Positions 37,892 through 50,787 of a stretch of DNA of 64,000 bases are shown in pieces. Source of the DNA: Spirogloea muscicola. Lineage: Eukaryota. Each line of letters begins with the position of its first letter. Positions within the stretch are counted from its first letter, which is position 1. A program made the position numbers and the translations under genes. The notes beneath the pieces were generated by a model. It did no database searches. It worked only from the letters and a program-made list of their open reading frames with translations, and had not been told where the DNA came from. Where the stretch lies: positions 178,972 to 242,971 of the forward strand of contig WELB01000027.1 of assembly GCA_009602725.1 (NCBI GenBank), read 5' to 3'.

Positions 37892-38032
37892 GGGCCAGTT
37901 CACACCGGATCGGTCGGTCGCAAATTGCCTCGTATTGGCCTCAACTTTGGCATGATTTTGACCCCAGCCGTCCATACAATGCGCGAGACGTACTCCTCGG
38001 CGGAGTCCGACCGACCCGGTGTAAATTGGCCC
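37892..38032. mobile_element. Tourist-like MITE (PIF/Harbinger superfamily), 141 bp
   Basis: Imperfect TIRs GGGCCAGTTCACACCGGATCGGTCGG / CCGACCGACCCGGTGTAAATTGGCCC, flanked by TTA at 37889-37891 and 38033-38035. Confidence 0.8.
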
Positions 38033-38235
38033 TTATTAGGGCAATGACGAATAGCCCAGCTCAACAAGCAGGCCCGCCGCCTGGCTGTGCCGCCCGCGTT
38101 GTGCACGTGCCTCTTCGACGTGGCACTCGAAGTGTCGTCGTGTGGACCTTTTTCTTTTCAACGGCTACTTACAGCTAGGAGACACATAGGCTAGCTATCA
38201 ACTTAAGTGAGTGACACACCAGCTGTCGGCTTCCC

Positions 38236-38264
38236 AGGGTTTAGGGTTTAGGGGTTTAGGGTTT
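38236..38264 (+). repeat. Short interstitial plant-type telomeric repeat (TTTAGGG)n
   Basis: agggtttagggtttaggggtttagggttt. Confidence 0.75.
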
Positions 38265-38454
38265 CCTCTTAGCCTGTTGTATATTGGGATGTGCTAACCC
38301 GTGGGTAGTACACGTCACACTTGCACCTGCTTCTTTCCTAGCCAGCTTAGCATCTTTCCCCTAGCATAGGGCTTCCTTTCAAATAGCCCAAATTTTGGCA
38401 CTATTTTTTGCCTGATGAAAGGCAACGTCTTCACTTAAGCCATCGTTCCATTGC

Positions 38455-38498
38455 ATGCGCTACGCGCGCCCTCCTATTCTTACCAGCTTACCAGCGGC

Positions 38499-38537
<39 letters not shown>

Positions 38538-41500
38538 GCGGCGGCGGCTACTCGCCGTTTGCAACGCCCGACCAGCTGCAGCTGGAGCTGCAGCAGCTCG
38601 CGACGACTGGCGGCGCCGTCTCTTCCTCGTCCTCCGCCAGCTACCTCGCCTCTGCCGTCCCCCCGCAGCCGTCGGCGTCTCAGCCGCCACCGGACGTCCT
38701 CGCTCAGCTGCAGAGCATGCAGGCCACGCCGCACAAGCCGCTGCTGCCGCCGCAGCAGCCGCAGTCGCAGCGCTACCAGCCGCAGCCGCAGCCGCCATTG
38801 TACCTCGGCGGACACCCGTCGCAGTATGACACTGCGGCGGCTGCAGCAGCGGCATTGCAGCAGCAGCACCAGCAGTTCCTGCACCAGCAGGCGGCGGTGT
38901 ACCAGCTGCCGCCGGCTTCGTCGCCGCCACGGCTGCCCCCCGTGCGCACCGGCAAGGCGCCATCGCCGCCGCCGCAGCAGCAGCTGCAGCAGCAGCGGTC
39001 TCTGCCCCGGCAGCAGCCGAAGCGGTCGCCGTACACGTCGCCGTCGCAGTCGCCCCCCATCTCGCCGCAGGTGCAGGCCATGCAGCGGCTCGCCATCAAT
39101 GGGGGCGACCTGCCGGCTGCGCCGCAGCACTATGGCCTCGTGGCCAGCGCCAGCAACGGCGGCAGGGCTGCCGGCAGCTACAGCCCGAACTCGCAACCAA
39201 AGCAGCAAGCGCCAGGGAGGGGCGGCAGCGACGGCGAGCCGGCACTGAAGATACCGCCGCTGCCGGACCTGGAGGGCCTGCCCGGCGCCGCCGCTGGCGG
39301 CGGCGCCGCCGGCGGTGGCGCGCTGGACGGCGGCGGCCCTGTGCGGCCCGTCAGCTCGCAGCTGGAGCAGCTGCTCATCAACTGCGCGGAAGCCATCGAC
39401 CGCGCCGACCTCACCGCCGCGCACAGCATCATGCAGGCGCTCAACTCCATGGTCTCCCCGCACGGCACCGCCTCCCAGCGCATGGCCTACTACTTCCTTG
39501 AGGGCCTCGCCGCGCGCATCGTCGGCACCGGTGCCGCCATCTATCAGGTGCCTGCGCGTCGCCACAGATGCCGCTGCCTCTGCGCTGCCACTGCAAGTCC
39601 TTCTCACCATTGATGGCTGGCTCAGCTTCCCGCCATAGAGGTGTCAGGTAGAACATGCTACTTGCTCCGTTGGCTTGTGAGCGTGTCATATACTGACAGT
39701 CCACGTGCTGTGAATGTCCAGCCCGCGAAGCACATTCAGCTGATGCTGACTCTCTGCCCTTGCCCGCCACTTGCAGGCTCTGCAGAGCAACGCCGGCCAG
39801 GAGCCAGGGCCAGCGAGCAAGGACATGCTGCAGGCGCTGCTGGCCTTCTTGGAGGCCTGTCCGTATGCCAACTTTGGCCACGTGGCTGCCAACGGCGCGA
39901 TCCTGGAGGTGTTCGAGAATGAGCCGCGAGTGCACATTGTCGACTTTGGCATCACGCATGGCACGCAGTGGCCGACGCTCATCGAGGCGCTCGCCATGCG
40001 GCCGGGCGGGCCGCCCAACCTGCGCATCACAGGCATTGATGCGCCCCTCACTGGTCTAAAGCCCTCCAGCCTCCAGGTGCGCCCCGGTCGTGCATGCCCC
40101 TGCACCTCTGATGCTAAGTCAGTGATATCACTACCCATTCTGTAATGATAATCTGGAAAATGAGACGAGAAGGTTGTAAGTCACACAAGGCAATATATAA
40201 GCTGGGCGCTCCGTTGACGTTGTTGTTAGCCATCAGCTAACGCCCCAATTGCTCTGGATCTGCACTCGTATTTTGCGCTCTGCAGGAGACAGGCCGGCGG
40301 CTGACGAGCTTCGCAAAGCTGATGGGCGTGCCATTTGAGTTCTGCCCGATCACCGAGCACCTTGACAGCCTGCAATTGTCGCAGTTCGAGCTGCGCAAAA
40401 GCGAGGTGCTGGCCGTGAACTGCATGCTGCGCCTGCACCAGCTGAATCCGGGGGAGACGTCCAGCCACAGCAGCCCGCGCAACAATGTGCTGAAGCTTAT
40501 CCGCGCCATGGAGCCACGCATCGTGACCCTCGTTGAGCAGGTGCTTGCCCGTCCTCTATCTACATTGGCAACTTTAGATGGTTTTGACGTTGCCAAGGTG
40601 CGGCTCATATCATACAAAGTGCATACAAGCTGGTATGGTGGCTTTCTACTACTTAGATCCTACACCTGAAGCCCAAGTTATCATCCTAAAATACTAGAAT
40701 TGTGAGCCCTTATTCTAGGTACTTCCTTGAATCCTGCAGCATGCATTCGACAAGTTCATGTGTTGGTGTCTTTGTCAGTTGTTGCATTAGTGGAGCTTGT
40801 CAGGGCTGCCTTTGAGGTCAGCAGAGGCGAGTGAAGGAAATCTGGCGATGTGACGTCGAGGCATGGGCTGCCTCTGAGCACCTCCCTCTGTCCACAATAT
40901 TAAGGACTCAGTTACTGAATATTTGGATGCAATGCTCGCTTCTGCTGAACCGTTGCTATGGCTTGTTCCTGTGCCACGTGTGGCACGCAGCACTCAGATG
41001 ACAACCTGCCATATTTCACCTCGAGATTCCGCGAGGCACTGCACTACTTCTCAGCGCTCTTCGACAGCCTGGACGTATCGCTGCCATGGCACAGCACCGA
41101 GCGGGTGCTCATTGAGGAGCGCGTCCTCGGCCGCAAAATCGTTAACATTGTCGCGTGCGAGGGTGCTGAGCGCATCGAGCGCCACGAGCGTCACCAGAAG
41201 TGGCAGGTGTGTTTCACTGAGCACTTTGAACATCTCTGCCTGTCACTCTGCTGTGCAGTGGCTGTGTGGAGTTACCAGGCAATCCAACTTGCTCTGCGTC
41301 TCGTTTTGACTGATCTATTGGTTGAAGGATTTCACTCTGGTGTGAGCCTCTCCGTCAGCTGGACATCAGCCATCAGTCGTGGGAAGCATCCCTGTTAAGC
41401 GGCACGCTCTCAGTTCATTGACATTACCCCTGTGTTTGGCAGTACCGCATGCGGCGGGCAGGCTTTGAGCTGCAAGCTTTGAGCGCAGACGTGATCGACA

Positions 41501-41670
41501 ACATGCAATCGCTGCTCAAGCGCTACAGAGAGGGCTACGGCCTCATGGATGACCAGAAACTCATCATGCTGACGTGGCGGGGCCAGCGCCTGCTCGCGGC
41601 GTCTACCTGGCGACCAGCGCAGCCGGCGCAGGTCGCGGCCATTGCGCAGGTGGCTCGCGAGGGCGGCTGA
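38455..41670 (+). CDS. GRAS family transcription regulator (SHR/PAT1-like) with Q/P-rich N-terminus, 5 exons
   Basis: LHRI LEQLLINCAEAI...QRMAYYFLEGLAARI; VHIVDF (VHIID); QWPTLIEALAMRPGGPPNLRITGI; PFYRE-region EPRIVTLVEQ...FREALHYFSALFDSLD; SAW-region IVACEGAERIERHE...LTWRGQRLLAASTW. Later exons 39777-40076, 40286-40540, 40991-41206 and 41443-41670. The start is uncertain: ATG 38455 is out of frame across the GGC run, and the first in-frame ATG is about 38717. Confidence 0.93.
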
Positions 41671-42619
41671 ATGGCCTGCCGCTAGAAGGCTTTGCCTTGT
41701 TTGCTGTGTTGATTAGATGGCGGTATATATCTTCCCACATCAGATTTCCTTCATCTTGAAGCTCTTCTACCTTCTTTGACAATCATACACTTTTTCTCAT
41801 ACTGCCGTTCTCCCCCTTGCCTTCGCTGGAACAGTATCTGCCGACTTAGGCAGTTTGTGATACGGACGAGCACAGCCATCAACGACCAGATGCTTGGGCG
41901 TCAAACGAGCAATCGTGAATTCACAGAAGCAATGGCCAGGCGCAGCGAGCCCAGCTTTGTCTAAAAGTCTATGTTGTATCCGTCAGCGACTGCCAGGTTG
42001 TGAAAGCCATGGGGTCACCTGTAGCTTGAGGGAACCAGAGGAAGTACTGAAGCCCAGCTTGACCCGTTTCAGTCCTGTCATGTTTAGCTGCACATAGCTT
42101 GTGAAGGACAGCCGTGGTGCACTCTGACTGCAGGCATCACGAGGAATTGCTTGCAACCTCCAAAATGACTCACGGCACAGTGGAGGAGTCAAAGAGTCCG
42201 GTTGGAGGGTGGAAATCCAAGTTTTGCAGGAGCTGAAGCTATAACGGCCCCCAGGCCACCCGCGGCATCTAGTATTGTCCGTTGCATAGAGATGGCCCGG
42301 AGATCGAGGAGCTCCGCAGCTCGGCCCTGTTACCAATTGGCTGATTCATGGCAGCAAGTGCCACCATGATCAGGGTGGTGAGCAATATCAAGGCTTTGGC
42401 AAACTCATGCCCCGAGTGGTGCCCAGATTGTGAAGCAGAACCGTGGGTACTGCTTCAGGCGTGGAGGCGCTGCTCAGCTCAGAGCAAGAGAGTCTCAAAA
42501 GCGTGCATCTTTGCAGAGTGAAACATGTCTGCATAAGTTACGACATGGAAGGTCCGCGCAGGCACGGCCTGCGGCATGGGCCCTGCCGGTGGAGCGACGG
42601 TTTGGGATGCATTTCTCAA

Positions 42620-43630
42620 GTGGGGCTGGCCTCTAGTGTCCATTCCTTTTGGGCTGGCTTCTCCCAGCCACCAGTCAATTCGGCCGCGCTTATCTCTAGT
42701 GGGCAGCCCGCGAAGTTTGGGCTGGTCAGAAGTGGGCTGGCTGACCACTTGAGGTGGACACTCATCAGTAGCTGCCTGTCTCTTCCGCGTCATTTCCAAG
42801 CACCGTGCCCGAGCAAGCTGACAAGCGGCCACCGGCGAGGGGGGCTCGGCACGTTTCAGGCGAGCGGTGCCTGTGAATGGCCAGTCCGCACGAGCTGGCG
42901 TGTCGGACAAGGCAAGGCAGGGCGGGTGGAAGACGAGCTTCGCTGTCATGACCGAGGGGCCAGCGGCAGCCCAGTGAGACCGGCTGCTTCGCACGCTCTC
43001 CGGGGGGCGACAAGGCGACAAGGGCGGGGGGCAGCTGCTGGTGCGCCACCTTCATTTGGATGGAGGTGGGAAGGAAGAAACTGCGCTCCCATAGGAGGTA
43101 GGGGCTGGGAAAGAAGAAAGTGCTCGCCCATTCAGGATAGGGGTTGGAAAAGCCAGCCCAAAAAAGAATGAACAAAGTACGAGAAGGGGGCTGGGAAAGC
43201 CCTCCCCCCCTTCCGAAGACCTTACTTTCACAGCCATCGCCGTTGGCCTCCTGTTCATTTGAGAAGAAGACGCGGCCAGATTGACTGGTGGCTGTGAGAG
43301 GCGAGCCCAAAGGAATGGACAAGGTCCGAAGGAGCCGGATGGTGCAGAAAGCAAGGTGCTGAGTGCTAAGACGGCAGCAAGGGGACTCTCAGTAACCTCT
43401 AGTCAGGGGATGCAAATCAGAATAGCTAGCAGCTACGCGCACCGCGCGCCTTCTCGCTGTAGTAGACGAGCTTTCATTAAGCAGGAGGCGGCCAGCCCCA
43501 GAAAGCGGACTCTCAGTAACCTCTAGTCAGGAGATGCAAATCAGAACAGCTAGCAGCTACGCGCACCCCGCGCCTTCTCGCTGTAGATGACGAGCTTTCA
43601 TTTTACAGGAGGCGGCCAGCCCCAGAAAGT
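42620..43630. mobile_element. Patch of CRE-like 3' fragments, including a ~123-bp tandem duplication
   Basis: Hairpin modules at about 42640, 43140 and 43290. 43383-43506 and 43508-43629 are near-identical and encode (-) AASYSDLHPLTRGY*. Confidence 0.7.
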
Positions 43631-43734
43631 GGGAGCTCGTTTTCGAAGGACGGGAGGGGGGGGGGGGTTCCTGGCAACGGGGGGCTGCGCACCTGGGGGG
43701 GAGGTGACGCCAGCGGCGGGTGGCGGCGGGGCGC

Positions 43735-44080
43735 NNNNNNNNNNNNNNNNNNNNNNNNNNNNNNNNNNNNNNNNNNNNNNNNNNNNNNNNNNNNNNNNNN
43801 NNNNNNNNNNNNNNNNNNNNNNNNNNNNNNNNNNNNNNNNNNNNNNNNNNNNNNNNNNNNNNNNNNNNNNNNNNNNNNNNNNNNNNNNNNNNNNNNNNNN
43901 NNNNNNNNNNNNNNNNNNNNNNNNNNNNNNNNNNNNNNNNNNNNNNNNNNNNNNNNNNNNNNNNNNNNNNNNNNNNNNNNNNNNNNNNNNNNNNNNNNNN
44001 NNNNNNNNNNNNNNNNNNNNNNNNNNNNNNNNNNNNNNNNNNNNNNNNNNNNNNNNNNNNNNNNNNNNNNNNNNNNNNNN
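43735..44080. other. Assembly gap
   Basis: Run of n. Confidence 1.
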
Positions 44081-44490
44081 GAGGAGCCCCGCGCCGCGGC
44101 GGCGAGGCCGAGGAGCCGAGCTTCCGCCGCGCCTTGGCCCTCCCGCCGCTGGTCAGCTTCCCCGGGCCCTGGCCCGGTCCCTCCGCCTCCGAGGCTGGCG
44201 GCCGCTCCGCCGCCTGCCTCGGAAATGGCCTTGCCACTGCCGTCACCGTCTGTTGGGCGGCCTCGGCCCCTGCCGCGTCCACTGGCGCCATCGGTGGCCA
44301 ACAATCTCGTGCCGCATCGCCTGTCCTGCGAGCCCCTACGTGCCGTGTCATGGATGCCATGCCCGGATGGCTTCCTGAGACCAACGACCGTTCGGGAACA
44401 CCAGTTAGACCCCGGCTCCCGCTCCTTGGCCTCCGCTGCTGACTGGCCAGCTCTGTGTGCCTCCCCGCTGCGACTATATCTCAGGTTACA

Positions 44491-47400
44491 ATGAGCGGCA
44501 GCCGTCTGGACGGCCCTGCGGCTGAGGCGCTTCCCGGCCATGCCGCCGAGGGTGTTGTCGGGCTGGACAGCGCCAACGGTACCAACGACGCGGACTACGA
44601 GCTTGAGAGGGACAGCTCGGCCAGGCTTTCGTTCTCTCCGGGAGGCCCTGTGCAGATGCCCATCAGCCCCATGCCATCATCCTGTGAGAACCTTCTCCCT
44701 TGGACTCCTTCGGCGCTTGCTTCTTGCGGTCTCGCATTCTGTGTGGCATCCTCCTGCTCTACACCAAGCAGAGCAGTACTGATGCATATTTTCCAATTAC
44801 AAGTGCTCATCATTTACATTTGCCATTGCCAAAGTGCATTGTGCATCTTGTCTGTGTTCTTGAGGACGTTCTATGCCTTGTGAGATCGTGCATGTATCTT
44901 CCTATGCCATCATGTCCACATTTTACTGCATTATTGTAGTATTTAGAGGAGCGTGCAGCTCACGTGGGCACACTGTTGCACCTTCGTATGTGCAGTAGGG
45001 GAGGATGACAATGACGGCAGGGGTTTCAAAGATCATGCAAACGGTCATGCAAATGGCCACGCGAATGGTTACGCAAATGGTCATGCTGATTCGTATGCTA
45101 TCACCTTGGACGACCCCAATGCTGGTTCCTTGAACCGACGGGACAGGCCTTTGCCTATTGCTGTCAAGGTATGCAGTCACAGCTGCACTCTATCATCTGT
45201 TGGTTCAGCCGTCACTCAGCTGTGTTTGATTGCAGCAACTTGCACTGTTGCTAGGATGAGCTTATATGTTTCCATATCAAGTTGCTCAGCTTGTGATGCT
45301 GCTCATTGCTGTATATGTCTTAATTGGACAGTTTGAAGATGTCAAGTACACGGTGACAGTGCAAGCTCCACCAAAGTGGTGGAATATAGCAGCGCAGCTG
45401 CAGAAGAGCAAAAAGGGTGGCGTACAGAAGGAAATTTTGCACGGGTTGACAGGCAGCGTCCTGCCTGGGGAGGTTCTTGCAATGATGGGGTATGAGCTTT
45501 GGTGCTGCTAGCTTCACATGCAGACGTGTTGCATGTGGAGTCTGTATCAAATGTAGGTGGGCTGCAGCGCCAGTGATATTGCGGTTTTCACAGTGGCCTG
45601 CGATTGTCAAAGACAGGTCTTGAAGTTGTTGTATACATCTCCACTTCAGCAACTTCATTGCTGCAGAGTCATTGTTGTTGATTGTCTGTCCTAAGCCAGG
45701 TTGGGGTCATCTGTTCCGTGACAGGCCATCTGGTTCGGGCAAGACAACCTTCCTCAATGTCCTGGGTGGTCGTTTTGGAGCTGGCAAAACCTCAGGAGTA
45801 GTCTCCTATAATGATGCACCTTATAGCAAGTCTCTGAAAAGAAGGTGAGCTCATATGCACTTCACAGTGACTTCGGCATTGTCTTATCCCTGTCCTCGCC
45901 ATCTCTGAAATCACTTGTCAAAGTTACCAGCTTGTTCCCGTTTGCAGTCATGGTGATTGCTCTGGCAAACAGAAGAAACAGGAAACAGCAGAAAGTGCCT
46001 GAGCTTTGCATTGCTTCAAAATGTTCTGTGCAGGCTTGGCTTTGTGACCCAGGATGACATTCTCTTTCCACACTTGACAGTGCGGGAGACTTTGATGTAT
46101 GCTGCTTTGCTCCGCCTTCCGAAGAAGTTGACCCGATCCCAGAAGATCCAGCGTGCAGATGACATCATCAATGAGCTAGGACTGGAAAGGTGCACCTGCC
46201 TTTTTGGCACCTTGGCACCTGCTGCATTTTGCAAAATGTCTGATGTCTGATGTCTGATGTCTGATGTCTGATGTCTGATGATGGTTCTGGAAGGATAGAT
46301 TCTGGAGGCCTCTATGATGTCGATTCATATTCTGCGAATTGGTGGCATATAAAATCAGGGACTTCATGGACATTGTGGACTGTTCTGAGCTTTGTGACCC
46401 TACCTGCTGTGAGCAGGTGTCGCAACACCATCATCGGCGGTCAATTCATGAGAGGTATCTCCGGAGGAGAGCGTAAGCGAGTAAGCATTGGGCATGAGAT
46501 TCTGATCGACCCTTCTTTGATCATGCTGGATGAGCCAACATCCGGACTGGACTCCACAACCGCCTTGAGGATCATGCATACTCTACAGAACCTTGCACAG
46601 GTGAGTTCCATGCTAAGCTTATGCTCCTATGTCTCCCTTGAGTTGCCTGCCCTCAGCAGTACATTAGTGAAGACTCTCTTAGGTATTGTTACCATTCAGT
46701 TTCTGCTTCTACCTATATCACTAGTAGGAGAATTGTTCTGCAGCAATTGGGGAGACAATGGCATGGTAAAGCTTCTTACATGCTTGACAATTGGCCTCTG
46801 CAGCACGGGCGCACAGTGATCACAACAATTCACCAGCCTTCAAGTCGGGTTTTCCACATGTTTGACAAGCTCATCCTACTGAGCGAAGGCAATGCCATCT
46901 ACTTTGGGAAGGGCAAGCAAGCCATGAACTACTTCGCTGGCCTTGGCTTTTCGCCCATGTTTGCCACCAATCCAGCCGATTTCATTCTGGACCTAGCTAC
47001 TGGTACTACGCAGGACATAACTGTGCCTGAGAGTCTTATGGGAAAGATGAAAGAAACGACCGTGCCCCTTGCTGACCAGCAGAAAGAAGTTCGGGAGGTA
47101 TGTGCATCGTGCTTCAGCCCTGCAATGTCGTTAGTTGCTTATCTAGTTCGCTTCAGAGATGGCTTTTCAATCTTTTCTGCGTTTGACTTATTTCAAGTAC
47201 GTATTTCGCAGTGAAAATCTGAATAAATTGTTTGGTTGCTGTGCAGTATCTGGCAACAGCGTTCCTTGAGAAATTGCTACCAGGGGAGAAATCACTTGTT
47301 CACAACATGCCCATCGTTAGTGAAGGAGCTCGCAGTGCTATTCGTGAGAAGAGGGAGTGGAGCTCAACTTGGGTAGAGCAGTACAGAGTGCTTGTGGAGA

Positions 47401-49041
47401 GAGGCTTCAAGGTATACAAGCTTTCTGCCTGCCAATGTGTTGCAATCTTTGGTGCAGGACAAGGAGGAGTTGTTGGAATACAGAGTACTGTGATTGTATG
47501 GTCCTCAGTCCTCTTCTTGCTGACTGTTGCTGCAAATGTTTCGGCAGGAGCGCCGCCACGAGTACCTCAGTTTCTTGAGGATCTTCCAAGTCCTTGCCAT
47601 ATCATTGATTTGTGGAAGTCTGTGGTACAACTCTAACCACAGTAACAGTCAAAAGCTACAGGAGCAGGTGAGCTGCCATCTGTCAACTTGAGCTTATTAC
47701 ATAAACTATGAGGAAGCATGGGATGTGCAATCTCTTGCTGCTGCAGTGCTATGAAAATTCAAAGATGTTGTGGTCAGCTGACAGCTTCTTGACCCATGTA
47801 CAGGTTGGTGTGCTCTTCTTCACGTCCATCTTCTGGGGCTTCTTCCCTCTCTTCACGGCCATCTTCACCTTCCCTCAGGTACAAGCAGCAATCCTTGTAT
47901 GCTCACAGCATGGTCCATCTTATCTGCAGATTCAAGCGCAGCCTCGTGGCATATGCATGTTGCTATTGGAACACACCCCCCCCCCGGCGGGGAAAACAAT
48001 ATGGGTGCATGCTTGTTGCAGAAATTGCTAAGCCTCTTTAAGGGCAAGTATAAGAACGATCATGATAAACTAAGGGTTGTCATTATCCTCTCTTTACAGG
48101 AAAGATCAATGCTTATGAAGGAGCGTGCTTCAGACATGTACAGACTGAGTGCGTACTATGTCAGTCGGACAAGCGCTGATGTACCTATGGAACTCATTTT
48201 ACCATTGATTTTCATCTGCATCGTCTACTGGATGGCGAATCTCAAAGCAGATGCTGGCCTCTTCTTCTTGACTGTTCTTGCAGTCTTTGTGGATGTCTCT
48301 GTTGCTCAGGTGAGGCCAGATTTTATGCAAGAGTCATGTGACCAGATTGGGTGGCACCACTGCATGAAGTATTGTGTGAGGACCATACTCTATGAATCAG
48401 GAATAACCATGCACCTCTTCACCTATGTGATGCAGGCAATGGGTTGGTTCATTGGAGCAGCAGTCATGCAAGTAAAACGAGCAACCACTTACGCCTCTGT
48501 CATCCTTCTCACTTTCATGCTTGCTGGTGGATACTATCTTCAGGTATGCTGCAATTGATTGCCTTAGTGTCAAAAGTAGTATAATTTGTGTCCTGAAGAG
48601 AAACAGTTGTTACTTTTATTTTGATAGTCATTGTCGGGCATAGTAGGAAATGCTCAGAAAGATAGAAATTACTCATAGAAGAGCTGGTCGATTCTCATTC
48701 CACTGCACATCAATCATTTCTTAATCAAATGCAGCTGATATGACTACTTCCTCTGTCTTGTTGTGCAGCACATACCCCCTTGGATTGAGTGGATCAAGTA
48801 TCTCAGCTTCAATTACTATGTCTATAGGTTGATGCTGAAAGTGCAGTACAACCCCTCTGACACCTACTTCTGTGGTCCCACGAACAATGTCCAAAGCATG
48901 ACCTGTTCACTCAGTGGCGCTCCAGCTCTTCGAAAGGTCTCATTAAACGGCGGGGGTACTGAGGCCTGGGCGCTCTGCCTCATGTGGGTGGGTTACAACC
49001 TCCTGGCATACATTGCGCTGAGGCGGATGAAGTTGAAGTAG
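44491..49041 (+). CDS. Half-size ABCG (WBC) transporter, ABCG22/26/27-like, multi-exon
   Basis: [17 protein letters not shown] (Walker A), [31 protein letters not shown] (signature), [13 protein letters not shown] (Walker B), [27 protein letters not shown], ends [12 protein letters not shown]. The true start may be upstream, near the gap. Confidence 0.93.
46236..46280 (+). repeat. Intronic 7-bp tandem repeat (ATGTCTG)n
   Basis: About six perfect units inside an ABCG intron. Confidence 0.9.
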
Positions 49042-49799
49042 AAGCAGATCAAGTGCTTCAACGAGCCGTGCTCAACTGCTTGAGATTTGGCTGCTCTATT
49101 CCAGTACCCTTCTGGCATGTACTGCTCAAGGTGGACATACGTGAGCCCATCAGATACTTCATGGCAATCGTCCTGGGCCGCTGGCTGCAATGTATGTTAA
49201 CTTTCATTTGAGGGGAAGCTCAGAGTCCAGCAGTGCAGTATTTGTAGCCATGGCCTGTGAGATGTCACATAATAGAGGCTGTACTAAGAGGTGGTGACTC
49301 CCAAGCAGTCAACTCATGTCTGGAGAGTAAGATTGCAAGGGGGTTGTGAGCTCATCCTGTTCTATTCTTAGCTCCTTCAATGGGACTGATTTCCCCAATA
49401 TTTGGGGAGGTATGCCACATCCTCGCTACAAACTTGTAGTCACAAGCTGGAGAATGGATGACTATTCATGCTCTTCACTACCACCTCCACAAACTAGGAA
49501 GAGCTTTCAAACGTCCTTTTGGCACTTCCTGCAGAAAGTTGGTGCTCAGTGTGCAAGATTTGTAGCAAAGCCCAGAGAACTATCAGCCTCTACGGCGTAC
49601 ATGTCATTCATTATGTGTTTGAGGTGGTGTAACTTGAGCAACCTTCTGTACATCTGGCGTTATTGTCTGGTTCATCAGTGCTAATCAAGCCAGTGGAATT
49701 GCATACTATGCATGAAACATATCCTTTCCCTTCCTGAGTTGGCCTCTAACAACCATTATCACGCCCCGCCCGCCCGTGCACAGAATGTGGCAACAGAGA

Positions 49800-50290
49800 G
49801 CGTAGCCTAGCAAGGGGCGTACAGGTAGTAGTGCGCAGGCAGGCTGTAAGGGGGGACCCACGAGTGAGCAGACGAGCACAGCCACAAAAGCCAGTCGCCC
49901 CAAGTGTGCTCTGTGAAAGAAGAAACGACGCTTTCAAGGAGAGGGCAGTGGCTGTGATAGGGCAGCCCAGGAAAAGGAATGACAGAGTTCGAAGGGGCCA
50001 TGGAAAGCTCTGAAGCAGAAATTGAATCGAGTAGCTGCGGAGCACTTGGTAACCCCTGTAGAGCAGCCGTAGGTCGGAGAATATAGTCTCGGGGTGAAAG
50101 GGTCAAGCCAAGCCAATGCACAGCTTTTGCAAGAATCAGAGTGCGAATGGGACCGCACTAAGCAAAAAGAAGAAGAAAGTGCTCGCCAATTGGGGATAGG
50201 GGCTGGAAAAGCCAGCCCAGAAAAGATTGAACAAAGTACGTGAAGGGGGCCAGGATCCTCAATGGGCGAGCTCTTTCTTCTCTTCCTAAG
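49800..50290 (-). mobile_element. Patch of degenerate CRE-like 3' fragments
   Basis: ARLLTRG (~49860), SDLRLL..GY (~50050) and hairpin modules at about 49950 and 50200. Confidence 0.6.
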
Positions 50291-50787
50291 CGAAACGCCG
50301 AAGTGGGTGGCGCTGGGTCAGGTCGCCGCGCTGTCAGCAGCCGCCAGTGGGACGGCGAGAGGGAGCCGCCTGCAGGCCGGGGCGGGAAGGCGCGGGGCAA
50401 GTGCAGGGGGCTTATCGTTAGCGGCGCTATACAGCCCCCCTTGGATTCCTCCTAACCACCTCCATTAAAAGGAGGCGGGTCGCACGTACGGCACTCGGTG
50501 GCGCCGGAAGCCCACCCGGGGTGGTTCTCAAGGCTGCTCTGAGACGGGCCCCGTTAATGTTATTCGGTTACCGCTAACAGTCTCTGCCGGCGGTCAGCCA
50601 GCCCCTGCCCGATCAGCGCAGCTTTGCCCGTCCGCCCCGCGACCCGCGCCGCAGTCCGCGGCGCGCCCGCCGCCTCCGCCGCCGCCGCCNCAGGCTGCTC
50701 CCGCAGCGCTCGGCGGCGGCAGTCAGGCCTTGGCCTGCCGGCGGCTGACCTCGGGCGCGGCTCTGGCGTGGGCCCTCGCCTCGCCAG

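Noticed and set aside
38480..39610. Long antisense ORFs over GRAS, EIN2, ALY and other GC-rich regions
   Set aside because: Shadow ORFs caused by high GC and trinucleotide repeats, with no recognisable domains.
50417..50578. Possible MITE bounded by GTTAGCGG/CCGCTAAC
   Set aside because: Only an 8-bp inverted match and no TSD.
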